A stretch of 64,000 bases of DNA, taken from assembly GCA_963840035.1 (NCBI GenBank), contig CAWIXE010000001.1, positions 512,001 to 576,000 of the forward strand, in the 5' to 3' direction. Below are positions 28,753 to 39,115 of the stretch, piece by piece. The DNA is from a candidate division FCPU426 bacterium (lineage in GTDB: Bacteria; Oederibacteriota; PGYV01; Palsa-1178). Both the position numbers and the translations under genes were made by a program. Every line of letters starts with the position of its first letter. Positions within the stretch are counted from its first letter, which is position 1. The notes under the pieces are model-generated. The model ran no database searches. It had not been told where the DNA came from and saw nothing but the letters and a program-made list of their open reading frames with translations.

Positions 28753-30091
28753 GATACTGTACATAATAATAACGATAGGCCTGACAATATTTGTCCATGA
28801 GCTGGGCCATTTTGTGGCCGCAAAAAGGCTCGGGGTAAAAGTCGAAAAATTCGCCATAGGTTGGGGGCCCAAGATTGCTTCTTTTAAAAAAGGCGACACA
28901 GAATACTTAATAGCCCTGTTTTTCTTCCTGGGCGGTTACGTAAAGATGGCGGGGGAAAATCCTGAGGAAGCAGAGGCCATAGGGGACCGCGCGTTCTTAA
29001 AACAGGCGCCGTGGAAAAAAATAGTTATATCGGTTTCCGGGGTAATACAAAACGCCATCTTCGCGGTATTCCTCATGTGGATAGTATTTCTTTTCGGCAC
29101 GGATTCATTAAAGCCGGTCATTGACGACGTTAAAAAAGGCTACCCCGCATATGAAGCCGGGTTAAAACGCGGGGATATCATTACAGGAATAAACAGCGAG
29201 AAGGTGCTCTACTGGAACCAGATATCGGAGTTCATATCAGCCACAAAAGGGGAACCGGTAAAAATTTCGGTGAACCGCGAAGGTAAAGCCATTGAGTTTA
29301 CCCTAAAGCCTGTTATGGAGGAGAGCGAGGATATATTAAAGGATAAGAAAATGAAACCGATCCTCGGGATTACGCCGCTGACGATACTTCCCGTGGTTGA
29401 GGAATTAAAAAAAGGCTTTCCCGCGGAAGCCGCCGGGATGAAAAAAGGCGATATAATCAAAAAAATAGACGGCAAAGAGATAAAATACTGGGAAGACTTT
29501 ACCGCCGCGATACAATCCTCAAAAGGAAAAGAAATTAAAATGACCCTGGAAAGGGCGGATAAAACGCTGAAGACAGGGACAGTGGAAGTGCGCCTCTCGC
29601 CGAAGATGGTGATTACCGAGGACGAGGAAAAGAAAAAAATAGAGACATATCAGATAGGCATATCACCGCTTGGAAACTATACCAAGGAGCATTACGGCCC
29701 GGTAAAAGCCCTGGAAAAAGGGGCAAAGCAGGCGTGGTTCTTTACAGAGATAACCGTAAAATCCATATATAAGATGATAGCGCGCAAAATAGAGCCTGAC
29801 ATAGCCGGCCCCATAGGCGTGGCTCAGATAGCCTATAAGGTGGCAAAGACAGGGCTTATAAACCTGCTGCTGTTAATCGCCATCATTAACATCAACCTAG
29901 CGCTTTTCAACCTCCTGCCGCTTATTCCTTTCGACGGCGGGCTCATAGTAATGTTCCTGGTGGAAGCAATCACGGGAAAAGCAGTGCCTTTAAAAGCGCA
30001 GGAGATAATGATGGAAATAGGCTGGGCCCTTGTCATAGTGCTGATACTGTTTGTGACGTACAGCGATATAATGAGGCTTATAAAAGGATAA
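28745..30091 (+). CDS. rseP: RIP metalloprotease RseP with two PDZ domains
   Basis: HELGH, GGYVKM, NLLPLIPFDGG. Confidence 0.96.
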   Translation: MVEILYIIITIGLTIFVHELGHFVAAKRLGVKVEKFAIGWGPKIASFKKGDTEYLIALFFFLGGYVKMAGENPEEAEAIGDRAFLKQAPWKKIVISVSGVIQNAIFAVFLMWIVFLFGTDSLKPVIDDVKKGYPAYEAGLKRGDIITGINSEKVLYWNQISEFISATKGEPVKISVNREGKAIEFTLKPVMEESEDILKDKKMKPILGITPLTILPVVEELKKGFPAEAAGMKKGDIIKKIDGKEIKYWEDFTAAIQSSKGKEIKMTLERADKTLKTGTVEVRLSPKMVITEDEEKKKIETYQIGISPLGNYTKEHYGPVKALEKGAKQAWFFTEITVKSIYKMIARKIEPDIAGPIGVAQIAYKVAKTGLINLLLLIAIININLALFNLLPLIPFDGGLIVMFLVEAITGKAVPLKAQEIMMEIGWALVIVLILFVTYSDIMRLIKG

Positions 30092-30145
30092 TGCGGATTG
30101 GCGATTGCGGAATGCGGAATAAATACAAAACCAGGCGGAAGATGA

Positions 30146-31210
30146 ATGACAAATAAAGTAAAGATCGGAAAAGTTACCATAGGCGGGGGGAATCCCATCG
30201 CGGTGCAGTCCATGACGAATACAAAGACTGCCAACGTGAAGGCTACTGTCGCGCAGATTCAGCGGCTAACTTCCGCCGGCTGTGAGATAGTGCGCTGCGG
30301 CATACCTGACATGGAGTCGGCGCAGGCGCTTAAAGACATTAAGAAAAAAATTAAAATACCTCTCGTGGCGGATATCCATTACGATTACAGGCTTGCCATA
30401 GAGTCCATGAAGAACGGGGCGGACAAGATAAGGATCAACCCGGGAAATATCGGCGCGGCTGAAAAAGTGCAGGCAGTCATAGAAGCGGCGCAGAAATACA
30501 AATGCGCCATAAGGGTGGGAGTGAATTCAGGATCGCTAAAGGCAGCTGAAAATTTAAAACTGAAAATTGAAAGTGGAAACAAAACCGCAAACACCATGGT
30601 TGGTTCGCTTATGGAACATATTGAGTTCTTTGAACGGTTGGAATTTTCCGACATTGTCGTATCGCTTAAAGCCTCCGACATACTCACCACGTTTGAAGCG
30701 TACAAACTTTTTTCAAAGCTGCGCGATTATCCCACACACATAGGGATTACCGAGGCGGGAACGGAACTTGGCGGCGTTATAAAATCATCAGCCGGCCTCG
30801 CGCTGCTTTTAAATGAGGGTATCGGCGATACCATGAGGGTTTCGCTTACTGCGGAGCCTGAAAAGGAAATATATGTGGCGTACAGGATACTCGACGCGCT
30901 AAATAAAAGGAAGAGGGGCGTGGATATCATCTCGTGCCCCACGTGCGCAAGGACAGAGATAGACGTGATAAAACTGGCGCATGACGTGGAGAAGATGACA
31001 ATGAACGTGGAAAAACCCCTGAAAGTGGCTGTTATGGGCTGCTCAGTCAACGGCCCCGGCGAAGCTTCCCACGCGGACATAGGAGTGGCAGGAGGCAGGG
31101 GAATAGGGCTGATATTTAAGAAAGGAAAGATAATAAAGAAAGTGAAGAAGGCTGTGCTGTTGAAGGAGTTTAGTAAAGAACTTAAGAAGAGTTTAAGAGA
31201 CAAGAGATAG
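30146..31210 (+). CDS. ispG: HMBPP synthase
   Basis: VQSMTNT, VADIH, RINPGN, SCPTCAR, VMGCSVNGPGE. Confidence 0.99.
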   Translation: MTNKVKIGKVTIGGGNPIAVQSMTNTKTANVKATVAQIQRLTSAGCEIVRCGIPDMESAQALKDIKKKIKIPLVADIHYDYRLAIESMKNGADKIRINPGNIGAAEKVQAVIEAAQKYKCAIRVGVNSGSLKAAENLKLKIESGNKTANTMVGSLMEHIEFFERLEFSDIVVSLKASDILTTFEAYKLFSKLRDYPTHIGITEAGTELGGVIKSSAGLALLLNEGIGDTMRVSLTAEPEKEIYVAYRILDALNKRKRGVDIISCPTCARTEIDVIKLAHDVEKMTMNVEKPLKVAVMGCSVNGPGEASHADIGVAGGRGIGLIFKKGKIIKKVKKAVLLKEFSKELKKSLRDKR

Positions 31211-31319
31211 GAGCCAGGAGTAAGGAAAAACAACGGCAGCAAAAGAGTCGTTTTTCGGTTTACTTCTGTCTCCAATCTCTTGTCTCTTGTCTCAAAAATT
31301 TTATTTTAAGGAGCCTCAC

Positions 31320-33041
31320 ATGCGCTGGTCAAAAGCCCTTATTAATACCCTCCGCGAAACGCCGAAAGAAGCGGAAACCGTCGCCCACAAATATATGCTG
31401 CGCGCGGCCATGATAAAAAAACTCGGGGCGGGAGTATACGACTGGATGCCGCTCGGGTTTAAATCATTATCAAAGGTAACAGCCATCATACGCGAAGAGA
31501 TGAACCGCGCCGGCGCGCAGGAAGTGCTTTTGCCTGTGCTCTCCCCAGCCGAACTATGGAAGGAAACAAACAGATGGAACGTTTATGGCAAAGAACTTAT
31601 GAGGATCACAGACAGGCACAACAATGAATTCGCGCTCGGGCCCACGCACGAAGAGGTCATAACCGATTTAATCCGCAGGGAAGTCAATTCATACAAGCAG
31701 CTCCCGCAGAACCTCTACCAGATACAGGTTAAGTTCCGCGACGAGATAAGGCCGCGTTTCGGAGTAATGCGTTCGCGCGAATTCATGATGAAAGACGCCT
31801 ACTCCTTTGACCGCGATGAAAAAGGCGCGATGGAAAGCTATAAAACCATGTTTGAGACATATGTCAGGATATGCAAGCGCATAGGATTCAAATTCAGGCC
31901 GGTTGAGGCCGACTCGGGCGCCATAGGCGGAAATTTATCCTCGGAATTCATGGTCTTAGCCGACACCGGAGAAGACACAATAGTATACTGCGACAAATGC
32001 GAATACGCCGCGAACCTTGAAAAAGCAGTGTCAAAAAAACCGGAACAGCAGACAGCCGCTGAAGAACCGCTGACAAAGGTCCATACCCCGAATATAAAGA
32101 CGGTTGAAGAACTTGCCGCGTTCCTTGGAAAGAAACCTGAGGACACCGCCAAGACAATTCTGTACATTGTAAACGGAACCAAGATGGCGGGGGCGGTAAT
32201 CAGAGGGGACAGGGAAATCAACGAAGTAAAATTAAAAAACGCGCTGGGCGCGAATGAAATAAGGCTGGCCACACCCGAGGAAATCCTGGAAAAAACAGGC
32301 GCGCCGGTAGGCTTTGCCGGGCCCATAGGCTTAAGGGAAAAAGGAATAAGGCTTGCCATAGACGAAACAGCCGCGGTATTAAAAAACACGGTAACAGGCG
32401 GGAACGAAACGGACTACCACTATACGGGCGTAAACAAAACAAGGGACTACCAGGAAAACCTGATAGCGGATTTTGCCAAAGCGGGCAAAGGCGACACCTG
32501 CGCCAAATGCGGCGGCACCCTGCAGGAACAAAAAGGAATAGAAATGGGCCACGTATTCTTCCTGGGCAACAAATATTCCAAATCCATGAAAGCCACATAC
32601 CTGGACGAGACAGGCAAAACCCAGGAAATGGTAATGGGATGCTACGGCATAGGAGTATCAAGGGTCGTGGCCGCGTCCATAGAGCAAAACAACGACGAAA
32701 ACGGCATAATCTGGCCCATGGCCATCGCGCCGTATGAAGTGAATGTGATACCGGTAAACGTAAAATACGAGGAAGGCATGAAATACGCCGAAGAAATATA
32801 CACGAAGTTAAAGGAAGCCGGCATAGACGTAATAATGGACGACCGGGACATATCGCCCGGGGTTAAGTTCAAGGACTCGGACCTGATAGGCTTCCCGCTG
32901 CGCGTGGTCGTGGGGGAGAAGAATTTTAAGGACGGGAAAGTGGAAATGAAGATGAGAAGGGATAAGGATTTTGAGTTGATGGATAAGGCGGATGTGTTTA
33001 ATAAGGTTATGGAGATTGTAAAGAAAGAGAAAGCAATCTAA
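31320..33041 (+). CDS. proS: Proline--tRNA ligase with INS editing domain
   Basis: LGPTHEE, KFRDEIRPRFG, MGCYGIGVSR; RBS AAGGAG before ATG 31320. Confidence 0.98.
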   Translation: MRWSKALINTLRETPKEAETVAHKYMLRAAMIKKLGAGVYDWMPLGFKSLSKVTAIIREEMNRAGAQEVLLPVLSPAELWKETNRWNVYGKELMRITDRHNNEFALGPTHEEVITDLIRREVNSYKQLPQNLYQIQVKFRDEIRPRFGVMRSREFMMKDAYSFDRDEKGAMESYKTMFETYVRICKRIGFKFRPVEADSGAIGGNLSSEFMVLADTGEDTIVYCDKCEYAANLEKAVSKKPEQQTAAEEPLTKVHTPNIKTVEELAAFLGKKPEDTAKTILYIVNGTKMAGAVIRGDREINEVKLKNALGANEIRLATPEEILEKTGAPVGFAGPIGLREKGIRLAIDETAAVLKNTVTGGNETDYHYTGVNKTRDYQENLIADFAKAGKGDTCAKCGGTLQEQKGIEMGHVFFLGNKYSKSMKATYLDETGKTQEMVMGCYGIGVSRVVAASIEQNNDENGIIWPMAIAPYEVNVIPVNVKYEEGMKYAEEIYTKLKEAGIDVIMDDRDISPGVKFKDSDLIGFPLRVVVGEKNFKDGKVEMKMRRDKDFELMDKADVFNKVMEIVKKEKAI

Positions 33042-33066
33042 TATTTGTTGTTGTCGTTCGTTATGT

Positions 33067-33939
33067 GGGCGATTCGTGAATCGCCCCTACAAGGGCGTCC
33101 TGTTGTTGTTGGTGTTTGGGTAATTCGTGAATTGTCACACAAATATGTTCTGCTGTTGTCATTGTAGGGGCGATTCACGAATCGCCCAAACCAAGGCCTT
33201 AAATCAGCATATGAGGGATGTTGATGACTTACAACCCAAAAATCCACCACAGGCGTTCCATACGAATAAAGGATTATGATTATTCCTCAGGGCATGCCTA
33301 TTACATCACAATCTGCACGCAGGACAGGTTATGCGTTTTAGGAGATGTTAAGGACGGGATAATAGAACTAAACTCAAACGGAAGAACCGTTAAAGACACA
33401 CTTAAAAACCTGCCAAGCCGGTATCCCGGGTCAAGTCTTGAATCCTACGTCATCATGCCAAACCACGTCCATTTTATAATACAGCTGCGTGGGGCGATTC
33501 GTGAATCGCCCCTACAAGGGATGAATGCAAGACGGCAGATGACTTTGCCTAAGACAATAGGATTTTTAAAAATGAATACAGCAAAAGCTATTAACAAAAT
33601 GCGTGGTACTTCTGGCGGGAAAGTCTGGCAGAAGGATTATTTTGAGCATATTATACGGAACGAAAAATCATATGGTGAGATTACGGAGTATATTTATAAC
33701 AATCCGTATTTATGGCATGAGGATGAGTACAATCCTAACAAGCCGGTAAAGCCGTTGGGCGATTCGTGAATCGCCCCTACAGGGGCAGACAAAGCGTGTT
33801 GTGGGTGATTTGTATACCGTTTGGGCGATTCGTGAATCGCCCCTACAAGGGCAGACAAACCGTGTTAGTGGGTGATTTGCATACCGTAGTTTTAGTTGTT
33901 GTATAAATCGAATTTGTAGGGGCGATTCACGAATCGCCC
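33067..33939. repeat. Cluster of REPs GTAGGGGCGATTCACGAATCGCCC around and inside the RAYT gene
   Basis: Copies at 33067-33090, 33164-33187, 33492-33515, 33757-33780, 33823-33846, 33916-33939, in both orientations. Confidence 0.92.
33224..33769 (+). mobile_element. REP-associated tyrosine (Y1/HUH) transposase, RAYT
   Basis: HHRRSIR, YYITICT, VIMPNHVH (HUH), WQKDYFEHIIR, YIYNNP; flanked by REPs. Confidence 0.92.
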
Positions 33940-34004
33940 AAGGCGGGTAATTCAGCATAAAACCATGTTTTTAATCGACAATTGACAATCGTCAATCCCC
34001 AATC

Positions 34005-35215
34005 TAAAAAGTGTAAGATGAAATGCACCATCTGAGTAAATAAAAAGTCCCACCAAGCACTTGTGTTATTATGTTGTTTGCGAAGACACCATAAAAAACA
34101 CGAGGTGAATGATGGGACAAGTCAAGATTACCACAAGGGACAGGAAAAACAAGTATTTAAGTTTAAAAGAACGGTACCAGATTGAGGCTCTGCGCGATAA
34201 GAAGTGTACTGGGCGTGAGATAGCCGAACAACTTGGAAGAGACCCAAGCACGATAAATCGTGAGATAAAAAGAGGTTCTGTAATACAGACGGATTGGGAA
34301 CTCAAAGAGAGATTGGTATATAGGGCCGATCATGGACAGCTGGACTATGATGAAAAACAAAAGAACAAAGGACGCCCGTTAAAGATCGGGTTTGACCACG
34401 AACTAAGCAGGCATATAGAACGGAAGATAACGCAGGATAAGTATTCGCCGGCAGCAGTAATAGGCGAAATAATGCGAACCAAGCTGGGGTTTAAGACATA
34501 TCTGTGCATAAAGACAGTTTACAATTATATACATTCCGGTGTGTTTGCAGGTGTTGGAGAAGCAGAACTGGTATATGGAGGAAGGCGTAAAAAGAAGTAT
34601 CGGAAGGTCGGAAAAGTAAATAGAAGCAGGCTTTTCAAGAGCATAGAAGAAAGACCAAAGGCGGCAAACGAAAGAACGGAGTATGGTCACTGGGAGATAG
34701 ATGTTGTTAAGGGTATTAAATGGACAAGAGCATGTCTTCTGACAATCAGCGAACGTATGACAAGACAGGAAATAATAATTAAGATGAACTGTTGCAAGGT
34801 CGAAGAAGTGGACAAGGCGTTGACTGGACTCGAAAGGACTTATGGCGGTTTGTTTGCCAGGATATTCAAGACGATAACCGCAGACAACGGTTCGGAGTTT
34901 CTCGATTGGAGAACCCTTGAAGAGAGTAAATTAAAGCCAGGGACAAAAAGGACCATGCTATATTACGCGCATCCTTTCAGTTCTTTTGAAAGAGGAACCA
35001 ACGAGAATACAAACCGCATAATAAGGCGGTTCGTACCTAAAGGGACGGATATAGGGGAAGTGTCTGTAGAAACGGTAAAAAAGGCCCAAAATTGGATAAA
35101 CAACTATCCCAGAGGGATATTTGGATACAAAACAGCCAACGACATGATAATTCAAAATGCTACAAGAAAAATGTGTGGGATTCAGGGAGTGGTGCATTAA
35201 AACTTGCAACTTACC
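34005..35215 (+). mobile_element. IS30-family insertion sequence (1211 bp)
   Basis: Imperfect terminal IRs tgtaagatgaaatgcacca / tggtgcattaaaacttgca; flanked by direct repeat cgtcaatccccaatc at 33990-34004 and 35216-35230. Confidence 0.9.
34109..35200 (+). CDS. IS30-family transposase
   Basis: HTH ([14 protein letters not shown]), [29 protein letters not shown]. Confidence 0.95.
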   Translation: MMGQVKITTRDRKNKYLSLKERYQIEALRDKKCTGREIAEQLGRDPSTINREIKRGSVIQTDWELKERLVYRADHGQLDYDEKQKNKGRPLKIGFDHELSRHIERKITQDKYSPAAVIGEIMRTKLGFKTYLCIKTVYNYIHSGVFAGVGEAELVYGGRRKKKYRKVGKVNRSRLFKSIEERPKAANERTEYGHWEIDVVKGIKWTRACLLTISERMTRQEIIIKMNCCKVEEVDKALTGLERTYGGLFARIFKTITADNGSEFLDWRTLEESKLKPGTKRTMLYYAHPFSSFERGTNENTNRIIRRFVPKGTDIGEVSVETVKKAQNWINNYPRGIFGYKTANDMIIQNATRKMCGIQGVVH

Positions 35216-35241
35216 CGTCAATCCCCAATCGTTTTTAGCTA

Positions 35242-35269
35242 TTGACTTAAAAGGGCAATGTGCTATTAT
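35242..35269 (+). promoter_or_regulatory. Sigma70 promoter of cspA
   Basis: TTGACT-N16-TATTAT with extended TGn. Confidence 0.6.
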
Positions 35270-35330
35270 GACCGCACAATTTGTAGGATTCGTTCTACAA
35301 GAATTTTTTAATCTAGTGGAGGTTTTAGTT

Positions 35331-35531
35331 ATGCCGAAGGGAAAAGTGAAATGGTTTAATGACAAGAAAGGTTATGGCTTCATCGAACAGGAAGGCGGAA
35401 AAGACGTGTTTGTGCACTACGCAGCAATCCAGGGCGACGGCTTCAAGACCTTAAAAGAAGGCCAGGAAGTTACTTTTGACGTCACAGAAGGCGCAAAGGG
35501 ACCGCAGGCTGCTAACGTAGTATCAGCATAA
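35331..35531 (+). CDS. cspA: Cold-shock protein
   Basis: [37 protein letters not shown]. Confidence 0.96.
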   Translation: MPKGKVKWFNDKKGYGFIEQEGGKDVFVHYAAIQGDGFKTLKEGQEVTFDVTEGAKGPQAANVVSA

Positions 35532-35547
35532 GCCAACCATATACCAG

Positions 35548-35581
35548 AAAAAAGCCCGGCGGACAACCGCCGGGCTTTTTT
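35548..35581 (+). terminator. Rho-independent terminator
   Basis: aaaagcccggcgg-acaa-ccgccgggcttttt. Confidence 0.9.
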
Positions 35582-35656
35582 ATTTGTAGAGAAGGGGTTT
35601 ACCCCTTCTCCGGCGCGGGTAACTCTGTTGATATGCCGGATTGATACCATACCCGC

Positions 35657-35864
35657 GTATGGCCGCCAGGCGGGGAGTGATTTTTTGAATTAGCTGACGG
35701 TTTCATAGCAGACATAGTTGATAGCATAAATAACTTGAGGTTTTGATATATGGTCTGTTTGTATCCTACCGGACAGCTTGTTTGGTTCACAGTATATTTG
35801 ATGGCAGGCCTCATTTCCCGTAAGCTTCTTCAAAAAAGTCATCTCCCCGCCTGGCGGCCCCTAC
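35657..35864. repeat. About 208-bp element bounded by ~45-bp imperfect inverted repeats (MITE/REPIN-like)
   Basis: gtatggccgccaggcggggagtgattttttgaattagctgacgg ... ccgtaagcttcttcaaaaaagtcatctccccgcctggcggcccctac. Confidence 0.7.
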
Positions 35865-36060
35865 ATTTCTGCATGATAAAAGGTAAAAAAAATATGAGGG
35901 CAATGGAGAATCCCCATTTATAAAAAGCAAAAAATACATTTATGTGTTATTCACTTGAATAATCCGTAGAACACCCATATTAAAAATTGACAAAATACCT
36001 GTAAAATGATAAAATTAAGATGGACTAAGTGTCTCTATATTTACATTTTTGGAGGTATAT

Positions 36061-36447
36061 ATGAAAGGAATTTTCATTACAGCGGGTATTGTATTGGCGT
36101 TAGCGGGTTATTTTCTCATCGGTTCTGAAAACGTAAGCCAGATGTTGGAAAAATATTCCGTGGAAAAAATGAAGGGGACAGACCTCGAAGACGCAGCAGC
36201 TTTCAACATCAGGTACATGGATTTTACCGGAAAATACGACAGGTGCCTTGAGCTCATAAGCAAATTCAATGAAAGGTACGAGGAAAAATCAAAATATCTT
36301 CCTGAGTTTATGTTAACACAGGCAAGGATACTGGAACTGCGGCTTAAGACCGCCGCTGCCAGGGACATTTACCAGAAATATGTCGATACTTATCCGGACG
36401 CGGCGAATGTTAATGATATAAAATATAAAATCATGGAACTTAAATAA
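36061..36447 (+). CDS. Membrane-anchored TPR-like hypothetical protein
   Basis: RBS GGAGG; N-terminal TM; YQKYVDTYPD TPR-like end. Confidence 0.6.
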   Translation: MKGIFITAGIVLALAGYFLIGSENVSQMLEKYSVEKMKGTDLEDAAAFNIRYMDFTGKYDRCLELISKFNERYEEKSKYLPEFMLTQARILELRLKTAAARDIYQKYVDTYPDAANVNDIKYKIMELK

Positions 36448-36468
36448 GGCTTTTAAGCAGGAGGAAAA

Positions 36469-37647
36469 ATGAAGAAAAATTTCTTATTTCCGGCATTATT
36501 AACCATTTCATTATTTATACCCGCCTTTTTATTTGCCGCGGATGAAGCTGCTGCGGCTGCCGAAGCCGCTGCCATTACCGCGTCTCCTGAAGCCACTGCT
36601 GAAGCAACTGCCGCGGCCACTGTTGAAGCTACGGTTGAACCTACTGCCGTATCAACTGTTGAAACCACAGTTGAACCGACCGCCGAAGCCACTGCTGAAG
36701 CAACTGCCGCACCTACGACAATACCCACTGTAACCGAAAAAGTTGAAGTTGATACATCATATAAAGCAGATGATGAAGGCGTGGTTATACTCTCGCCAGG
36801 GGAAACATCCATGGAAGAACTTGAAAAATATATATTAACAAAAAGAAAACCCGCGCAACAGGAAGAAACCGACAACGGCGACGTGACAATGACATTTGAA
36901 CCCGAGTCAGCCGAAGAGGAAAACGGCGGGATCATACTCATGGAAGATGAGAAAAAAGGAAAGATGGAAAGCACGGGATATGTGATGGTTGAGAGGGGCG
37001 GGTTCATATCAGACAACTTCAAGGAAGACGGAATAGTATATTCGCTTGACGGCAGGGAAATACTCGCGGCCGGCGATAACGTATACATAAAGCTCACCGT
37101 GGGTAAAGGCGTTAAAAAAGGGACTGAATTCATAGTCTATGACGACTCGGAATCGGTTATAAACCCCATGACAGACGAAAATATGGGGAAAAAGATAAAG
37201 ATCGTCGCGGTAGGGAAAGTCAGGGGCAGCGCGGACGCCGATGACAACATATGGAAGGCAAAACTCACAAAGACCTACGAACCTGCCGGAAATAATTTTA
37301 AGATTAAGATCAGGAAAGAACTCAAGGATTATTACAACAAGCTTATCACAAAGATAAAGAAAAAACCGCAGCCGCTGGAAGGGTTCATCATAAGCGTAAA
37401 CGGCGGAACCCAGGGCATCAATAACAAGGACGTTGTTTACATAGACAGGGGACTTAAGGACGGGATCGCCCCCGGGGATATCCTGACCGTGGTAAGGCTC
37501 TCCGAGGACAAGGAAACCGGCGCCATGAAAAAATATAACACCATAGGAAAAGTCATGGTCATAAATACCATGAGGAGTTCCTCGGTAGGCATCATAAGCG
37601 GCCAGACTGATGTAATAAAAGTCGGGGACCTGGTAAAGACCAAATAA
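36469..37647 (+). CDS. Secreted protein with Ala/Thr/Glu linker and FlgT-C/TsaP-like beta domains
   Basis: Signal peptide; low-complexity linker; AAGDNVYI, INPMTDENMG, YIDRGLKDGIAPGD, IKVGDLV. Confidence 0.55.
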   Translation: MKKNFLFPALLTISLFIPAFLFAADEAAAAAEAAAITASPEATAEATAAATVEATVEPTAVSTVETTVEPTAEATAEATAAPTTIPTVTEKVEVDTSYKADDEGVVILSPGETSMEELEKYILTKRKPAQQEETDNGDVTMTFEPESAEEENGGIILMEDEKKGKMESTGYVMVERGGFISDNFKEDGIVYSLDGREILAAGDNVYIKLTVGKGVKKGTEFIVYDDSESVINPMTDENMGKKIKIVAVGKVRGSADADDNIWKAKLTKTYEPAGNNFKIKIRKELKDYYNKLITKIKKKPQPLEGFIISVNGGTQGINNKDVVYIDRGLKDGIAPGDILTVVRLSEDKETGAMKKYNTIGKVMVINTMRSSSVGIISGQTDVIKVGDLVKTK

Positions 37648-37705
37648 AACAACCGCCGGGCCCTTTTCCGGCGGAAACCGCAACCACCATATAGAGAGGT
37701 AAAAA

Positions 37706-39115
37706 ATGAAATTTGGCAGCAAGAAAAGCGTGCTCATTTTGTGCGGAATATTCGTAACACTTCTTGCCGTAAGTTTTACCAGGATAAACAGCAGTTATAT
37801 TTTCCTGGCAGCGGGCCTGGCCGCCTCGCTCATTTCCTTTAACGGAGGGTGGGTTAACGGGGTTTTCATGTCGCTGCTTTTTAATTTTACTTTTTACTCG
37901 CTCCACACCGCTATGGGCGTCCAGAGCATGGTTTTAAATATAGCGGTTTTTTCAGCTCTTTCTGTGCTTGCGGACAGGCTTAAGATAGGAAGCAATGCTC
38001 CGGTTCAGAAGGATTCAAATCCCGAGGAAAAAGCTTTTGTAAACAAAGTAATAAATTCGTTCATGCTTGGCCATGACATGGTACGCGAGATAAAAAAAGG
38101 GATAACAAGGAGCGAACTGCTCGCTCTATTCGCGCGCAATGTATCAAACTTGACAGGCGCCGACCAGGTGCTGGTTTATACCGGTGAAAACGCCCCGGAA
38201 GGAAAGTTAAAGCTCACGCTCTCCGCGGGAAAATACCAGGAGAGGGTCATAGAGCCTGAAGCTGAAATTGAGAGTGTACTCTGTTTGTCGGAGAAAAACC
38301 TTCCCGCAAATGAAGCCGGATTCATAAAGAGCGTCAGCGACGGGTACGCCATCATAATGCCGGTCAATGAAAAGGGAAAAGCCGGGGACATCGCTGTGCT
38401 TTACAAGGGAAATGAGTTCTCATACAGCGACATATACATAGCCGAATTTTTCAGCGCGCAGATATTTGTCATAATGGAAAAGCAGGAACTCCTTAAAAAG
38501 ATGTCGGGAAATTACGAGCGCATCATAGAAGCCCTCGCCCTGGCCATAGATACCAAGGACCACGAGACGCACGGCCACTCGCTGGCCACCATGAAGTACG
38601 CCGTAAAAATCGCGGAAAAAATGAACCTGCCTGATGAGGAAAGGGAAATGATAAAATACGCCTCCCTCCTGCATGACATAGGAAAGATAAACATAAGCAG
38701 CGCCATACTTAACAAGCCCGACAAGCTTACGGCTGAGGAATTTGACATCATAAAAAAGCACCCGGAAGAGGGCGTGCACATTTTGGACAGGATGGACATA
38801 TTCGGGGAGATACTCCCGCTTGTTATGCACCATCACGAGCATTTTGACGGCAAAGGCTACCCAAAGAAGCTAAAGGGGGACAGCATCCCGCTGGGGTCCA
38901 GAATTTGCTCGATTGCGGACGCGTACTCGGTGATGGTGGCGGACCGCCCCTACAGGAAAGCGCGCACAAGGGATGAGGCCATTAATGAGCTGAAACGCTG
39001 CTCCGGGACGCAGTTTGACAGGCAGATAGTGGATGTCTTCCTCGGGATAATAAAGGAAGAAAACACGCAGGAAGCGGCATTACATAATATTACCGGCGCA
39101 GGGCCGGTAAACTGA
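37706..39115 (+). CDS. Membrane-bound HD-GYP phosphodiesterase with GAF-like region
   Basis: KDHETHGHS, LLHDIGK, HHEHFDGKGYP, DRPYR. Confidence 0.92.
   Translation: MKFGSKKSVLILCGIFVTLLAVSFTRINSSYIFLAAGLAASLISFNGGWVNGVFMSLLFNFTFYSLHTAMGVQSMVLNIAVFSALSVLADRLKIGSNAPVQKDSNPEEKAFVNKVINSFMLGHDMVREIKKGITRSELLALFARNVSNLTGADQVLVYTGENAPEGKLKLTLSAGKYQERVIEPEAEIESVLCLSEKNLPANEAGFIKSVSDGYAIIMPVNEKGKAGDIAVLYKGNEFSYSDIYIAEFFSAQIFVIMEKQELLKKMSGNYERIIEALALAIDTKDHETHGHSLATMKYAVKIAEKMNLPDEEREMIKYASLLHDIGKINISSAILNKPDKLTAEEFDIIKKHPEEGVHILDRMDIFGEILPLVMHHHEHFDGKGYPKKLKGDSIPLGSRICSIADAYSVMVADRPYRKARTRDEAINELKRCSGTQFDRQIVDVFLGIIKEENTQEAALHNITGAGPVN

Noticed and set aside
33067..33939. Possible CRISPR array of 24-bp palindromic repeats
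   Set aside because: Copies occur in both orientations with irregular spacing, two spacers are near-duplicates, one copy is inside a gene, there are no cas genes, and a RAYT is adjacent. These are REPs.
35157..35330. Extended 124-aa cold-shock ORF beginning inside IS30
   Set aside because: A promoter and RBS point to ATG 35331 and a normal 66-aa Csp.
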